From assembly GCA_043803945.1 (NCBI GenBank), contig JAZDJN010000020.1, positions 1 through 19,488 on the forward strand: a DNA stretch of 19,488 nt. The letters are read 5' to 3'. The notes beneath the pieces were generated by a model, which worked only from the letters and a program-made list of their open reading frames with translations, had not been told where the DNA came from and ran no database searches. The stretch comes from a bacterium. Its GTDB lineage: Bacteria; Bacteroidota; Ignavibacteria; UBA10030. Shown here piece by piece: positions 7,240 to 15,226 of this stretch; positions within the stretch are counted from its first letter, which is position 1; every line of letters starts with the position of its first letter. The position numbers and the translations under genes were made by a program.

Positions 7240-10200
7240 GCATTGCAGGAAATATTTCCTCTTTACCTTTATCAGCCTTCTTCAGATTCCTTGCCTTTAT
7301 TCACAGACACCATCGTATTATCATTACACTTCATCTGACGGACTGGCTTCATCGACTGTCTTTGAAATCATTCAGGATAGGGAAGGATTCATCTGGTTTG
7401 CTACACTCAATGGCATAAGCAGCTTTGATGGAAAACACTTTACGACATTCAGAATGAAGGATGGCCTTAATTCCAATTCGATTATCTCTCTGGTGCAAGG
7501 AAAAGGTGGCGAACTCTATATCGGTAATTATGAGAAAGGGATTAATGTTTTTCACAAAGGTCGAATAGAACACTATTGCAGCGAGATTAACGGAAATAGT
7601 TTTGCGCTATCATTCTTGCTGCTCGTACCATCAGGAAACGATAAACAAAAATTATACGCCTATAGAAGTTCTGGATCGATCAATTCATTCAGCGAAAAAG
7701 ACCATGGCGCACTTAGCACCACTGTTTTAAATACTTACCCCATTTATATCAATAAGATAGAAATAGCACCGAATGGTGACATCCTCGTCTTATCCCCGGC
7801 CGGAATATTCAATTATAACGATGAAAAATTAACCAAGCTGGATGTTACCGGCTTAACAGAAATAAATGTTTACTGCCTGGCAAAAAGTGATGACAGCAGT
7901 TACTACATCGGTACAAAAGGGATGATCTACAAGATAAAAAACAATACTGTGGTCGGAAGACATATCATAAATATAGCAGGCGATAACGATGTTTGCGCAA
8001 TGGTACAGGACAAGAATAAAAATCTTTGGTTTTCGATTATGAACAGGGGGTTCTTTTTAATTCCGAGCGGTTCAAATAAAATCATCGATGTCGGATCTAA
8101 GATGGATCTGCACAATACCCTTGTCAATAATTATCTTGAAGATAATGAAGGCAATTTGTGGATTAGTACGTACGGTAAAGGGGTGTATTGCCTCAACAAT
8201 CTTTATCTCAAAAGTTTTAATGAACACGATGGCTTGAGTAGTAATAGCGTCTATTCCATTGTGAAAGAGAGATCTGGAAAATTAATAATTGGTACGTTTG
8301 ACGGTGTAAATATTTTAGAAAACGATAAATTCGATCTTATAAAAATTCATCCGCGGAAAACGATAACGGAATATATCCATAGTATTAAATATTTTAATAA
8401 CGATTATTATATCTGCGCCTCGATAGCTGAAAAAGAGATATTGACCCTATCTCATAAAGGAATAACACTGCATCTGTTCGAGCGGCAGTCTTTTTGTAAG
8501 ACTATCGACGGACTGTATTTGTTCGGAAGTCCAGGGAATGCCATAATCGCTCAAAGAGAATTTACCTATCAATCGAAGGGATCGTCATTGTTATATATAA
8601 TCGGCGATAGTGCTAAAATAAACCGTGTGAACGAGCTCTATGAGGATTCGCAAAAGAACATCTGGGTTGGAACCAGCCTGGGCTTATGCAAATTATCCAA
8701 CCGTTCGTCTAAATCGGGAAAACCAGACTGGCAGAAAACATATTTCCATGACGATCCCGTCCTGAACTCAAAAATAGTTGCTATTTACCAGGATCAGCAA
8801 AACAATATCTGGTTTACCGGTGTGAATGGAATTGCAAGCATTAACCTGGAAAATAATTCGGTGTCCAGCTACACAACGATATTGGGGCATGATTTGTCCT
8901 CTTCGACATCTCTTGTCTCAGACGCCTGGAACAGAATCTGGGTCGGTAATATGAAGGGACTTTATGTATATGAGGGGAAATCAATAAAACATCTTAACAG
9001 ACAAACCGGCCTTCCGTCGGATGAAGTATACTCGCTTTGTTATGATAGGGAAAACAACTTTCTCTATGTCGGAACAAGTGAAGGGATCTCTTTTCTTGAC
9101 ATTAAGTTATTCGACAACCAGGTTCTCCCTTCGCTCGATGTAAAAATAATAAGCATAAAGGCGGGCGATTCGGTCTATACAAGCTATTCCAGTTTAGTTT
9201 TTGAACCGGAACAACATAATGTGTACATCAACTTTAAGGCGTTAAGCTTTTCCGCCCCCGGTTCGGTACACTATAAATACAGCTTGAATGGTAAGTGGGA
9301 GGAAACTGATCATGATTTTCTTGATTTCACTTCCCTTGAAAGTGGAAAATATGAACTGCTGATCATGGCTAAATCCCAGAATAGTAACTGGGGTAAGCCA
9401 TACTACCTAACTTTTGACGTACGTCCTCTTTTCAATGAAACGATCTGGTATAAATTAGGAATACTATCAGCACTTGTTTTCATCTCTATTTTAATTGTCA
9501 CATGGCGCTTAAAGCTGAATACAAAAAAAATTCGGAAAGAATTAGCGTTAACGGAAAGGATCAATGAACTTAAACATCAGGCATTATCGGCAATGATGAA
9601 TCCACACTTCATTTTCAACTCTCTCAATTCAGTGCAATACCTCATTAACTCCGGGAGGAATGAAGAGGCGAATGATTATATCGCGATGATGGCTAAGCTG
9701 ATCAGGAAAAATCTCGACACAGCGGGATCCGGATTTATTCTTTTATCCGAGGAAATAGATCGGCTCAAGCTCTATCTGGATCTTGAGAAGCTCCGATTTC
9801 AGGAGAGATTTTCTTATGAGATTATGACGGGAACCGATCTTGATCCCGGTTCGATTATGATTCCCAATATGATTATCCAGCCTTTTGTAGAAAATACTCT
9901 CTGGCATGGCATCATCGATTCCGGCAGCACAGGGCAGATAACAGTTTCATTCTCACTTGAAGATGTCGATATTGATTCAATCAAATGCAAAGCATTGGTA
10001 ATCAAGGTTACCGATAATGGCATTGGAATTATAGAAGCAAAGAAGAGGAAAGAAGATCACACATCCAAAGGCATACAAATCATTGAAGAGCGTCTCCGGC
10101 TGCTGAGCACAAAATTGCAGCTTCCGCAGCCCATCGTGTTTGAAGATCTGAGTAGCCGTACTATCGATTCACATGGAACGGAAGTTATTATTTCGCTTCC

Positions 10201-10261
10201 CCCACCGTTGTATAAAATATCTCTTCCGGAGTCCGATTCTCGTTCTTCACTTACCGATTAA
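7229..10261 (+). CDS. LytS/YehU-type sensor histidine kinase with periplasmic beta-propeller and Y_Y_Y domains
   Basis: Signal peptide (LYS|QTP); Reg_prop repeats (DGLASSTVFEIIQDREGFIWFAT, DGLSSNSVYSI, GLPSDEVYSL); Y_Y_Y domain (YKYSLNG...LESGKYEL); a TM helix; H-box AMMNPHFIFNSLNS; IQPFVENTLWHG; DNGIG. Overlaps the regulator by 11 nt. Confidence 0.95.
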   Translation: MLYKHCRKYFLFTFISLLQIPCLYSQTPSYYHYTSSDGLASSTVFEIIQDREGFIWFATLNGISSFDGKHFTTFRMKDGLNSNSIISLVQGKGGELYIGNYEKGINVFHKGRIEHYCSEINGNSFALSFLLLVPSGNDKQKLYAYRSSGSINSFSEKDHGALSTTVLNTYPIYINKIEIAPNGDILVLSPAGIFNYNDEKLTKLDVTGLTEINVYCLAKSDDSSYYIGTKGMIYKIKNNTVVGRHIINIAGDNDVCAMVQDKNKNLWFSIMNRGFFLIPSGSNKIIDVGSKMDLHNTLVNNYLEDNEGNLWISTYGKGVYCLNNLYLKSFNEHDGLSSNSVYSIVKERSGKLIIGTFDGVNILENDKFDLIKIHPRKTITEYIHSIKYFNNDYYICASIAEKEILTLSHKGITLHLFERQSFCKTIDGLYLFGSPGNAIIAQREFTYQSKGSSLLYIIGDSAKINRVNELYEDSQKNIWVGTSLGLCKLSNRSSKSGKPDWQKTYFHDDPVLNSKIVAIYQDQQNNIWFTGVNGIASINLENNSVSSYTTILGHDLSSSTSLVSDAWNRIWVGNMKGLYVYEGKSIKHLNRQTGLPSDEVYSLCYDRENNFLYVGTSEGISFLDIKLFDNQVLPSLDVKIISIKAGDSVYTSYSSLVFEPEQHNVYINFKALSFSAPGSVHYKYSLNGKWEETDHDFLDFTSLESGKYELLIMAKSQNSNWGKPYYLTFDVRPLFNETIWYKLGILSALVFISILIVTWRLKLNTKKIRKELALTERINELKHQALSAMMNPHFIFNSLNSVQYLINSGRNEEANDYIAMMAKLIRKNLDTAGSGFILLSEEIDRLKLYLDLEKLRFQERFSYEIMTGTDLDPGSIMIPNMIIQPFVENTLWHGIIDSGSTGQITVSFSLEDVDIDSIKCKALVIKVTDNGIGIIEAKKRKEDHTSKGIQIIEERLRLLSTKLQLPQPIVFEDLSSRTIDSHGTEVIISLPPPLYKISLPESDSRSSLTD

Positions 10262-10343
10262 TTCTTTATTCATACCGCTGACTTACCCTTACAAACCGTC
10301 TGCTTGTTAGCTGTTGTAAAGTTATACCATGCTATGGTAGATT
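10231..10343 (+). promoter_or_regulatory. LytTR-type direct-repeat boxes plus sigma70-like promoter, copy 1
   Basis: Boxes GTCCGATTC (10231), TACCGATTA (10252), TACCGCTGA (10273) and AACCGTCTG (10294) are exactly 21 bp apart. They are followed by CTTGTTAGCTG, a -35 TTGTAA (10314) and an extended -10 TGgTAGATT (10335-10343). Confidence 0.75.
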
Positions 10344-10383
10344 TGAACAAGAATCTTGTTCAACACTTTTCAATCTAATTATT

Positions 10384-10822
10384 GTTAGGACTCACATATG
10401 TCCTGCACATATTGCAAACCATGCTCCACGAGCTTGAGCGAGACGCCTTTCATCGAAAGCCTGGAGATCGTCGCGGATGGGCATGCAGAGGTATCTCTCT
10501 CAGCGTGCTCCCACTGCAATCAAGTTGCGCTCTGCTACCGGGTCGATATATACGATGACTCCTGGAAGTATTGGTGTCCGATCGACGAATCGGAACGAGA
10601 GCGCCTTCTGGCGCCAGACGACAATGAACTGCATGCGATCGGCGTAGCGATATCCATCATTCGCGCGCACTCCGATGTCCTGGTACGGCATCCCGTTCAC
10701 GGGCTTGGCTGGGCGCCTGGAACGCACACAATACTTGAAGGCGCGGCATGGTAGGTGGCACAAACGGGTCTAACCCTTCCGTCGAGCGGACAGCTAACGG
10801 CGGGCCATGTTGGTTGGCCTTG
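10384..10822 (+). mobile_element. Integron-type gene cassette with truncated attC site
   Basis: GTTAGGA core-like site at 10384, 14 nt before the ATG. A single GC-rich ORF is followed 13 nt after its stop by the inverse core GTCTAAC (10768-10774, RYYYAAC) and CCTTCCGTCGAGCGGAC, a typical attC left arm. The right arm is missing. Confidence 0.65.
10398..10754 (+). CDS. Hypothetical Cys-rich, possibly zinc-binding cassette protein (118 aa)
   Basis: CTYCKPC and CSHC motifs. About 55% GC in a sampled stretch, higher than the flanks. Confidence 0.75.
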   Translation: MSCTYCKPCSTSLSETPFIESLEIVADGHAEVSLSACSHCNQVALCYRVDIYDDSWKYWCPIDESERERLLAPDDNELHAIGVAISIIRAHSDVLVRHPVHGLGWAPGTHTILEGAAW

Positions 10823-10925
10823 CTAGCGATTCGCACGGAACAGAAGTGACTAAACCCCTTCCCACGCCGTTGTATAAAATGTCTAGTACGGAGTAAGATT
10901 CTCTCTCTCTTTGATTACCGATTAA
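10823..10925 (+). pseudogene. Degenerate duplicate of the sensor kinase 3' end, copy 2
   Basis: Translates DSHGTEVTKPLPTPLYKMSSTE* versus the kinase's DSHGTEVIISLPPPLYKISLPES. Nucleotides align with 10161-10261. Confidence 0.8.
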
Positions 10926-11005
10926 TTTGTATTTCGTGCCGCTCACTCTCCTATACAACCCGTCTGCTTGTTAGCTATTGTAAAGTTATGCCATAATGAT
11001 AAATT
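10916..11005 (+). promoter_or_regulatory. LytTR-type boxes plus promoter, copy 2
   Basis: TACCGATTA (10916), TGCCGCTCA (10937) and ACCCGTCTG (10958) at a 21-bp period, then CTTGTTAGCTA, -35 TTGTAA (10978) and TGaTAAATT (10997-11005). Confidence 0.75.
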
Positions 11006-11106
11006 TGAATAAGAATCTTATATAATACACAGCCGCTTGACAAATAGGAGTTTCTAAATCCAGCTTCGACAAGCGTCAAACATTATTACCATTACAGGAT
11101 CAACAA

Positions 11107-11883
11107 ATGCAACCCAATAGACCTTCAAAACAATTGCCTTCTCTCCAAATGATTTTGATAATAACCGTTCTAATATTATTCGGTAACGGATATTGTTTTT
11201 CTCAGTCTCAAAAAACAGGAACAACCATGAAAACACCAATAAATAAAGTTCAAACAAAAATTGTTTCATCTGTTTATCTCGATAAAAAAGATCCAATATT
11301 TATTTCAATTAAAGGTCGAGCAGCAACCGATCTAAAGCAGTCTTCAGAAAGATCGGGTCCGGAATCAACTGAGAATAAATTAATTGCGGCAAAAATAGAA
11401 ACATGGACAGAAGAGAAGCAAAATCAATTACAAGCGTTAGGTGCAAAATCAATTAACGATTATGCAACTACGACACATTTCGATGTTGGGACATTTATGA
11501 TGGTCTTTAGTGAATTTGGAAAGATGGATCAGAAAAAGATAGCAGAAGAGTATGACATTCGTGTACAAAACCTTGGCGATGATAAATATGCAGCGGAATT
11601 TTGGGAAGATGGTCTTGCTGTAAATTCAGAAGCAAATGCCGTGGCTTATGCTCATGAATTGGCGAACAGTGAATATGCTAAGAAACACCCGGAAGGAAAT
11701 GTTGGGGATGTCGAAGTGATCAAAAAAAATTATGCAAATACCAGGAAATCTATTAAGGGTGGTAAGCAAGAACGATACAGCAAAATGATGGCTTTGCTTT
11801 ATATAGCAGCAAAAGATGGCTCGGTTACTTTTCAGGATCCTGGTCAGCCGATGATGGATTTTGTTAAAAAAAACAGCAAGTAA
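11107..11883 (+). CDS. Secreted hypothetical protein, paralog of 12010..13578
   Basis: 258-aa ORF with signal peptide ...GYCFS|QSQ. It shares a domain with the downstream gene (YLDKKDPIFISIKGRA...FDVGTFM...AEFWED...YSKMMALLY). Confidence 0.85.
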   Translation: MQPNRPSKQLPSLQMILIITVLILFGNGYCFSQSQKTGTTMKTPINKVQTKIVSSVYLDKKDPIFISIKGRAATDLKQSSERSGPESTENKLIAAKIETWTEEKQNQLQALGAKSINDYATTTHFDVGTFMMVFSEFGKMDQKKIAEEYDIRVQNLGDDKYAAEFWEDGLAVNSEANAVAYAHELANSEYAKKHPEGNVGDVEVIKKNYANTRKSIKGGKQERYSKMMALLYIAAKDGSVTFQDPGQPMMDFVKKNSK

Positions 11884-12009
11884 AAAAGATTGATGATTCT
11901 AAAGATACCAGGGAACTTCTTGAGGATAACGCAACGGGGAATTTCTCTGAACTATCAGATGAAATTACAGAAGTAGAAGTGTTAGCAATAATCGGAAAGA
12001 ATAATACGA

Positions 12010-13578
12010 ATGCACTCAAATAGACCTATCGCGCAGCAAAAAGAATTACGAGAGAAGTTCCGTGCTCACCACAAGAGTATTGCAATAACTGCCCTACTTA
12101 TAGTTGCTGGTGGATATTGCTTTTCTCAATCTCCTAAAACAGGACAAACCATGAATACAAACATCATTCAAGTAGAACGTATCGCCGCCCTCGAAAAAAG
12201 AATTGCAGCAGCTGGCGATGACTTTGTTTCGCTTACGGCAGAGGACTACGACCTTCTGCTTTCTCAACCCATCGGAATCGTTAACGGATTTGAGCCGCGC
12301 ACCACGGCAACGGGTGGAATACTGGTTGGGGTCGGATTTGCTGGTAATGGAATACAGCAAGTTGTACAAACCATTTTCCAAAAGATTCCCAATATTCGAG
12401 AAGGAGACGCGTATGTAATTTTTGATTTTGTCAAAGATGTCAATGGTCTTGATTTTCTAAATCGTAAGGAGAGAAGTTTTGGGCAAGGTGGCGGAATAGA
12501 TGAAATAGAGGAGGATGAGTCTACTCAACTTGCGCTCGATATTCGATCTGCCGATTCGAAATCCTACTGGTTTGGAAGCCGGGACGTCAAAATGGGAGTG
12601 AAAACCGGAGAAAACACATTTGAATATAAATCGTTTAGCGATATGAATTCCGGGACTGCTTCAGGGAAGGTTGTTATGCATCTTCCAACGAATATCACTG
12701 GCATTGCCTTAACCAAAGGGGATATCGGTGTTCAAAAGCCTTTTGCCGATGGGCTATTAACCTTGAAGAGCATTTCCAAAGACAAAATCTCATTTCATTA
12801 TTCTGGTGACAATAAGAAGATTTACGAATGGATAATTTATGATGCACATGGAAAAGAACTCGATCAAAAAGGCGCTTCGTTAGACGAAGGGACTTATCAA
12901 ATACAAGCTAAGAATCCAAAATCAATTAAAATATATCAAGCCGAAATTGTCCGTAAGGAATATCCCTTTACTTTTGTACTGAATAAAAAGCCTGTCCCTT
13001 CAGCTTTGTTAGAAGGGATTGATGCTGCGAGGTTTTCTGCAGCGATGTTTTTTCAAACACAGAGGCTTCAAACAAAAAATGTAGCACCGAGTTACCTGGA
13101 CAACAATGATCCAATAGTCATATCCATTAAAGGTCGGGCAGTAACGGATCTGAGACGGTCAACAAGCTATATGGACTCAGAGTCCCCTGAAAGTAAATTA
13201 ATAGAAACACAGGTGAAAGCATGGTCGGAAGAGAAGAAGAATCAATTGCAGGCTTTGGGTGGGCAATCAATTCAAGCGTATACAGCTCAGACGCTTTTCG
13301 ATGTTGGTACATTTATGTTGGTTTTCAGCAGTTTTAAAGAGATGGATCAAAAAAAGATTGCAGAGGAGTGGGATATTCGTATTCAACACCCCGATGGTGA
13401 TAACTATATAGCTGAGTTTTGGGAAGATTCACATAGTGTACATCCAGAAGCAAAAAATGAAATTGGTGAGAATGCACGATACTATAAAATGATGGCTTTG
13501 CTCTATACACTGGAAAAGGATAGCTCGGTTGTTTTTCATAATCCGTTTCAGCCGGTGATGGATTCTGTCAACCGATAG
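12010..13578 (+). CDS. Secreted hypothetical protein, paralog of 11107..11883 with an extra ~300-aa central region
   Basis: 522-aa ORF with the same leader (GYCFS|QSPKTG.TM.T) and the same C-terminal domain (YLDNNDPIVISIKGRA...FDVGTFM...AEFWED...YYKMMALLY). Confidence 0.85.
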   Translation: MHSNRPIAQQKELREKFRAHHKSIAITALLIVAGGYCFSQSPKTGQTMNTNIIQVERIAALEKRIAAAGDDFVSLTAEDYDLLLSQPIGIVNGFEPRTTATGGILVGVGFAGNGIQQVVQTIFQKIPNIREGDAYVIFDFVKDVNGLDFLNRKERSFGQGGGIDEIEEDESTQLALDIRSADSKSYWFGSRDVKMGVKTGENTFEYKSFSDMNSGTASGKVVMHLPTNITGIALTKGDIGVQKPFADGLLTLKSISKDKISFHYSGDNKKIYEWIIYDAHGKELDQKGASLDEGTYQIQAKNPKSIKIYQAEIVRKEYPFTFVLNKKPVPSALLEGIDAARFSAAMFFQTQRLQTKNVAPSYLDNNDPIVISIKGRAVTDLRRSTSYMDSESPESKLIETQVKAWSEEKKNQLQALGGQSIQAYTAQTLFDVGTFMLVFSSFKEMDQKKIAEEWDIRIQHPDGDNYIAEFWEDSHSVHPEAKNEIGENARYYKMMALLYTLEKDSSVVFHNPFQPVMDSVNR

Positions 13579-13855
13579 AGAATCTTGCGGGATCAGTTCG
13601 GGTGGGTGCGAAAACCTATACGAAGAATCGATTGGGATGATTGCTTAAAACGTGGAGTCGATCTGGGGCTCGACGTAGAGTCGGAAGACAATCCAAGGTT
13701 TTGCGAACAGTTTCTAACATTCACGAAATAATTACATTGACCCCTCCAGGTTCGTTTATGATTTTCTAATTCTTGAAAATGAGGAAAGGTGTCGGCACAT
13801 CCGGAATAGGACGATCCTTCCTTAACGATCATCCAAGTGTACGAGGCAATTCTAT

Positions 13856-15106
13856 ATGAAGACCTTAATACTCATTATGACCATATTCTCATCATTCAAT
13901 ATTATGTGCAACATGACTTTTTTGAATCACAAAGACTATACGTTTAAGTTAAAAGACTTTATCTGGAATATAAAAATTGAAGACCAGGTTGGAGAAATCT
14001 ATTTAAAAGAATCGAACTTCATTTTCGGTAGAAATTGGGATTCGACATTTGTCGTAATATCCCCAGACAACGGTGCTATTTTGGATACTTTAAAACCGTT
14101 TACCATCGAAAAGGAAAGAGAGTGTTTAATTAACGATGGTACAGGGGAATATAAAAGCGGTTACTCTCTCCATAATGTTCCTGTTGATAAACAGAAATAT
14201 TCAAAAGTAACTTTAAAAAGTATTGACAGACAATACCGTGGCGACTCGGAAACATTTTATCTGATTGTAAATACCCTTTCAAATAAGGAGTTTGCAATTC
14301 TATTCAATCGCAGACAATTTGATTTCATCTCGTATATTACCTATTACAAAGACGGGAAGTTTATAATGACATATAATGGAGAAGCGGCAAGCGAAGTAAA
14401 TAAATATACCCAACATGTTGGACTTCTTGACTTGGAAAAAATAATTAAAGATGAACATAGACCGGGAACAGATTCTAAAGAAGTGTTTCGAAAAAGCGAG
14501 GACAGTATTGTAGAGAAACCAGAAATGAAAGGAATAAAAACTAACGGGACTGTCAAAATAGGTATTCAAGAATGGTCGGTTGAAAATTTAAATGTTGACA
14601 GATTTAGAAATGGTGATTTGATTCCAGAAGCGAAGACAACGGAAGAATGGATTACATTTGGAGAGAATAGTAAACCAGCTTGGTGTTACTATGAAAATGA
14701 TAGTGAAAAAGGGAGGACATATGGTAGATTGTATAATTGGTATGCGGTGAGTGATAAAAGAGGATTGGCTCCAGAAGGCTGGCACGTACCAACTATTGAT
14801 GAGTTTAAAACATTAGACAGAACACTAAGCAATAACAGCAATGTCTTAAAAGAGATTGGCCAAGGCGCCGGAACAAACACAAGTGGATTTTCTGCGTTGC
14901 TTGCGGGCCACCGCGAACCCCATGGTAACTTCACTGTTTTAGGTGACTACACTGGCTTTTGGAGTTCTACAGAGCGCTATGATGTTACGCACTATGATAT
15001 TAAGGAGGCGCACTACGTGTACTTGTGGCGCAGTGATAACAATATCAACTTATCCTATATCACCAAGGAGTACGGTTTCAGTGTTCGCTGCCTCAAGGAT
15101 TTCTAG
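13856..15106 (+). CDS. FISUMP (Fib_succ_major, C-type-lectin-like fold) domain protein with an unknown N-terminal domain
   Basis: TVKIGIQEWSVENLNVDRFRNGD, PAWCYY, YGRLYNWYAV, LAPEGWHVPT, SGFSALLAG.R, FWSSTE and GFSVRCLKD. Hydrophobic N-terminal leader. Confidence 0.9.
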   Translation: MKTLILIMTIFSSFNIMCNMTFLNHKDYTFKLKDFIWNIKIEDQVGEIYLKESNFIFGRNWDSTFVVISPDNGAILDTLKPFTIEKERECLINDGTGEYKSGYSLHNVPVDKQKYSKVTLKSIDRQYRGDSETFYLIVNTLSNKEFAILFNRRQFDFISYITYYKDGKFIMTYNGEAASEVNKYTQHVGLLDLEKIIKDEHRPGTDSKEVFRKSEDSIVEKPEMKGIKTNGTVKIGIQEWSVENLNVDRFRNGDLIPEAKTTEEWITFGENSKPAWCYYENDSEKGRTYGRLYNWYAVSDKRGLAPEGWHVPTIDEFKTLDRTLSNNSNVLKEIGQGAGTNTSGFSALLAGHREPHGNFTVLGDYTGFWSSTERYDVTHYDIKEAHYVYLWRSDNNINLSYITKEYGFSVRCLKDF

Positions 15107-15226
15107 GCTATTTGTTTATTTGCCCATGATATAGTGACGTACCAATGTATTGGAGAGGTAAAATCTACTCAAGATGTAATCTCCATTGAACAAAAAACAA
15201 AACATAAACTAATTTCTATCATAGCC

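Noticed and set aside
10768-10976. A full attC formed by pairing GAGCGG/ACAGCTAAC with GCCGCTC/GTTAGCT in module copy 2
   Set aside because: The order and spacing do not give a nested attC stem, and those motifs belong to the promoter module also present in the other copies.
13737-13762. TTGACC...TATGAT promoter upstream of the FISUMP gene
   Set aside because: The spacer is only 14 bp.
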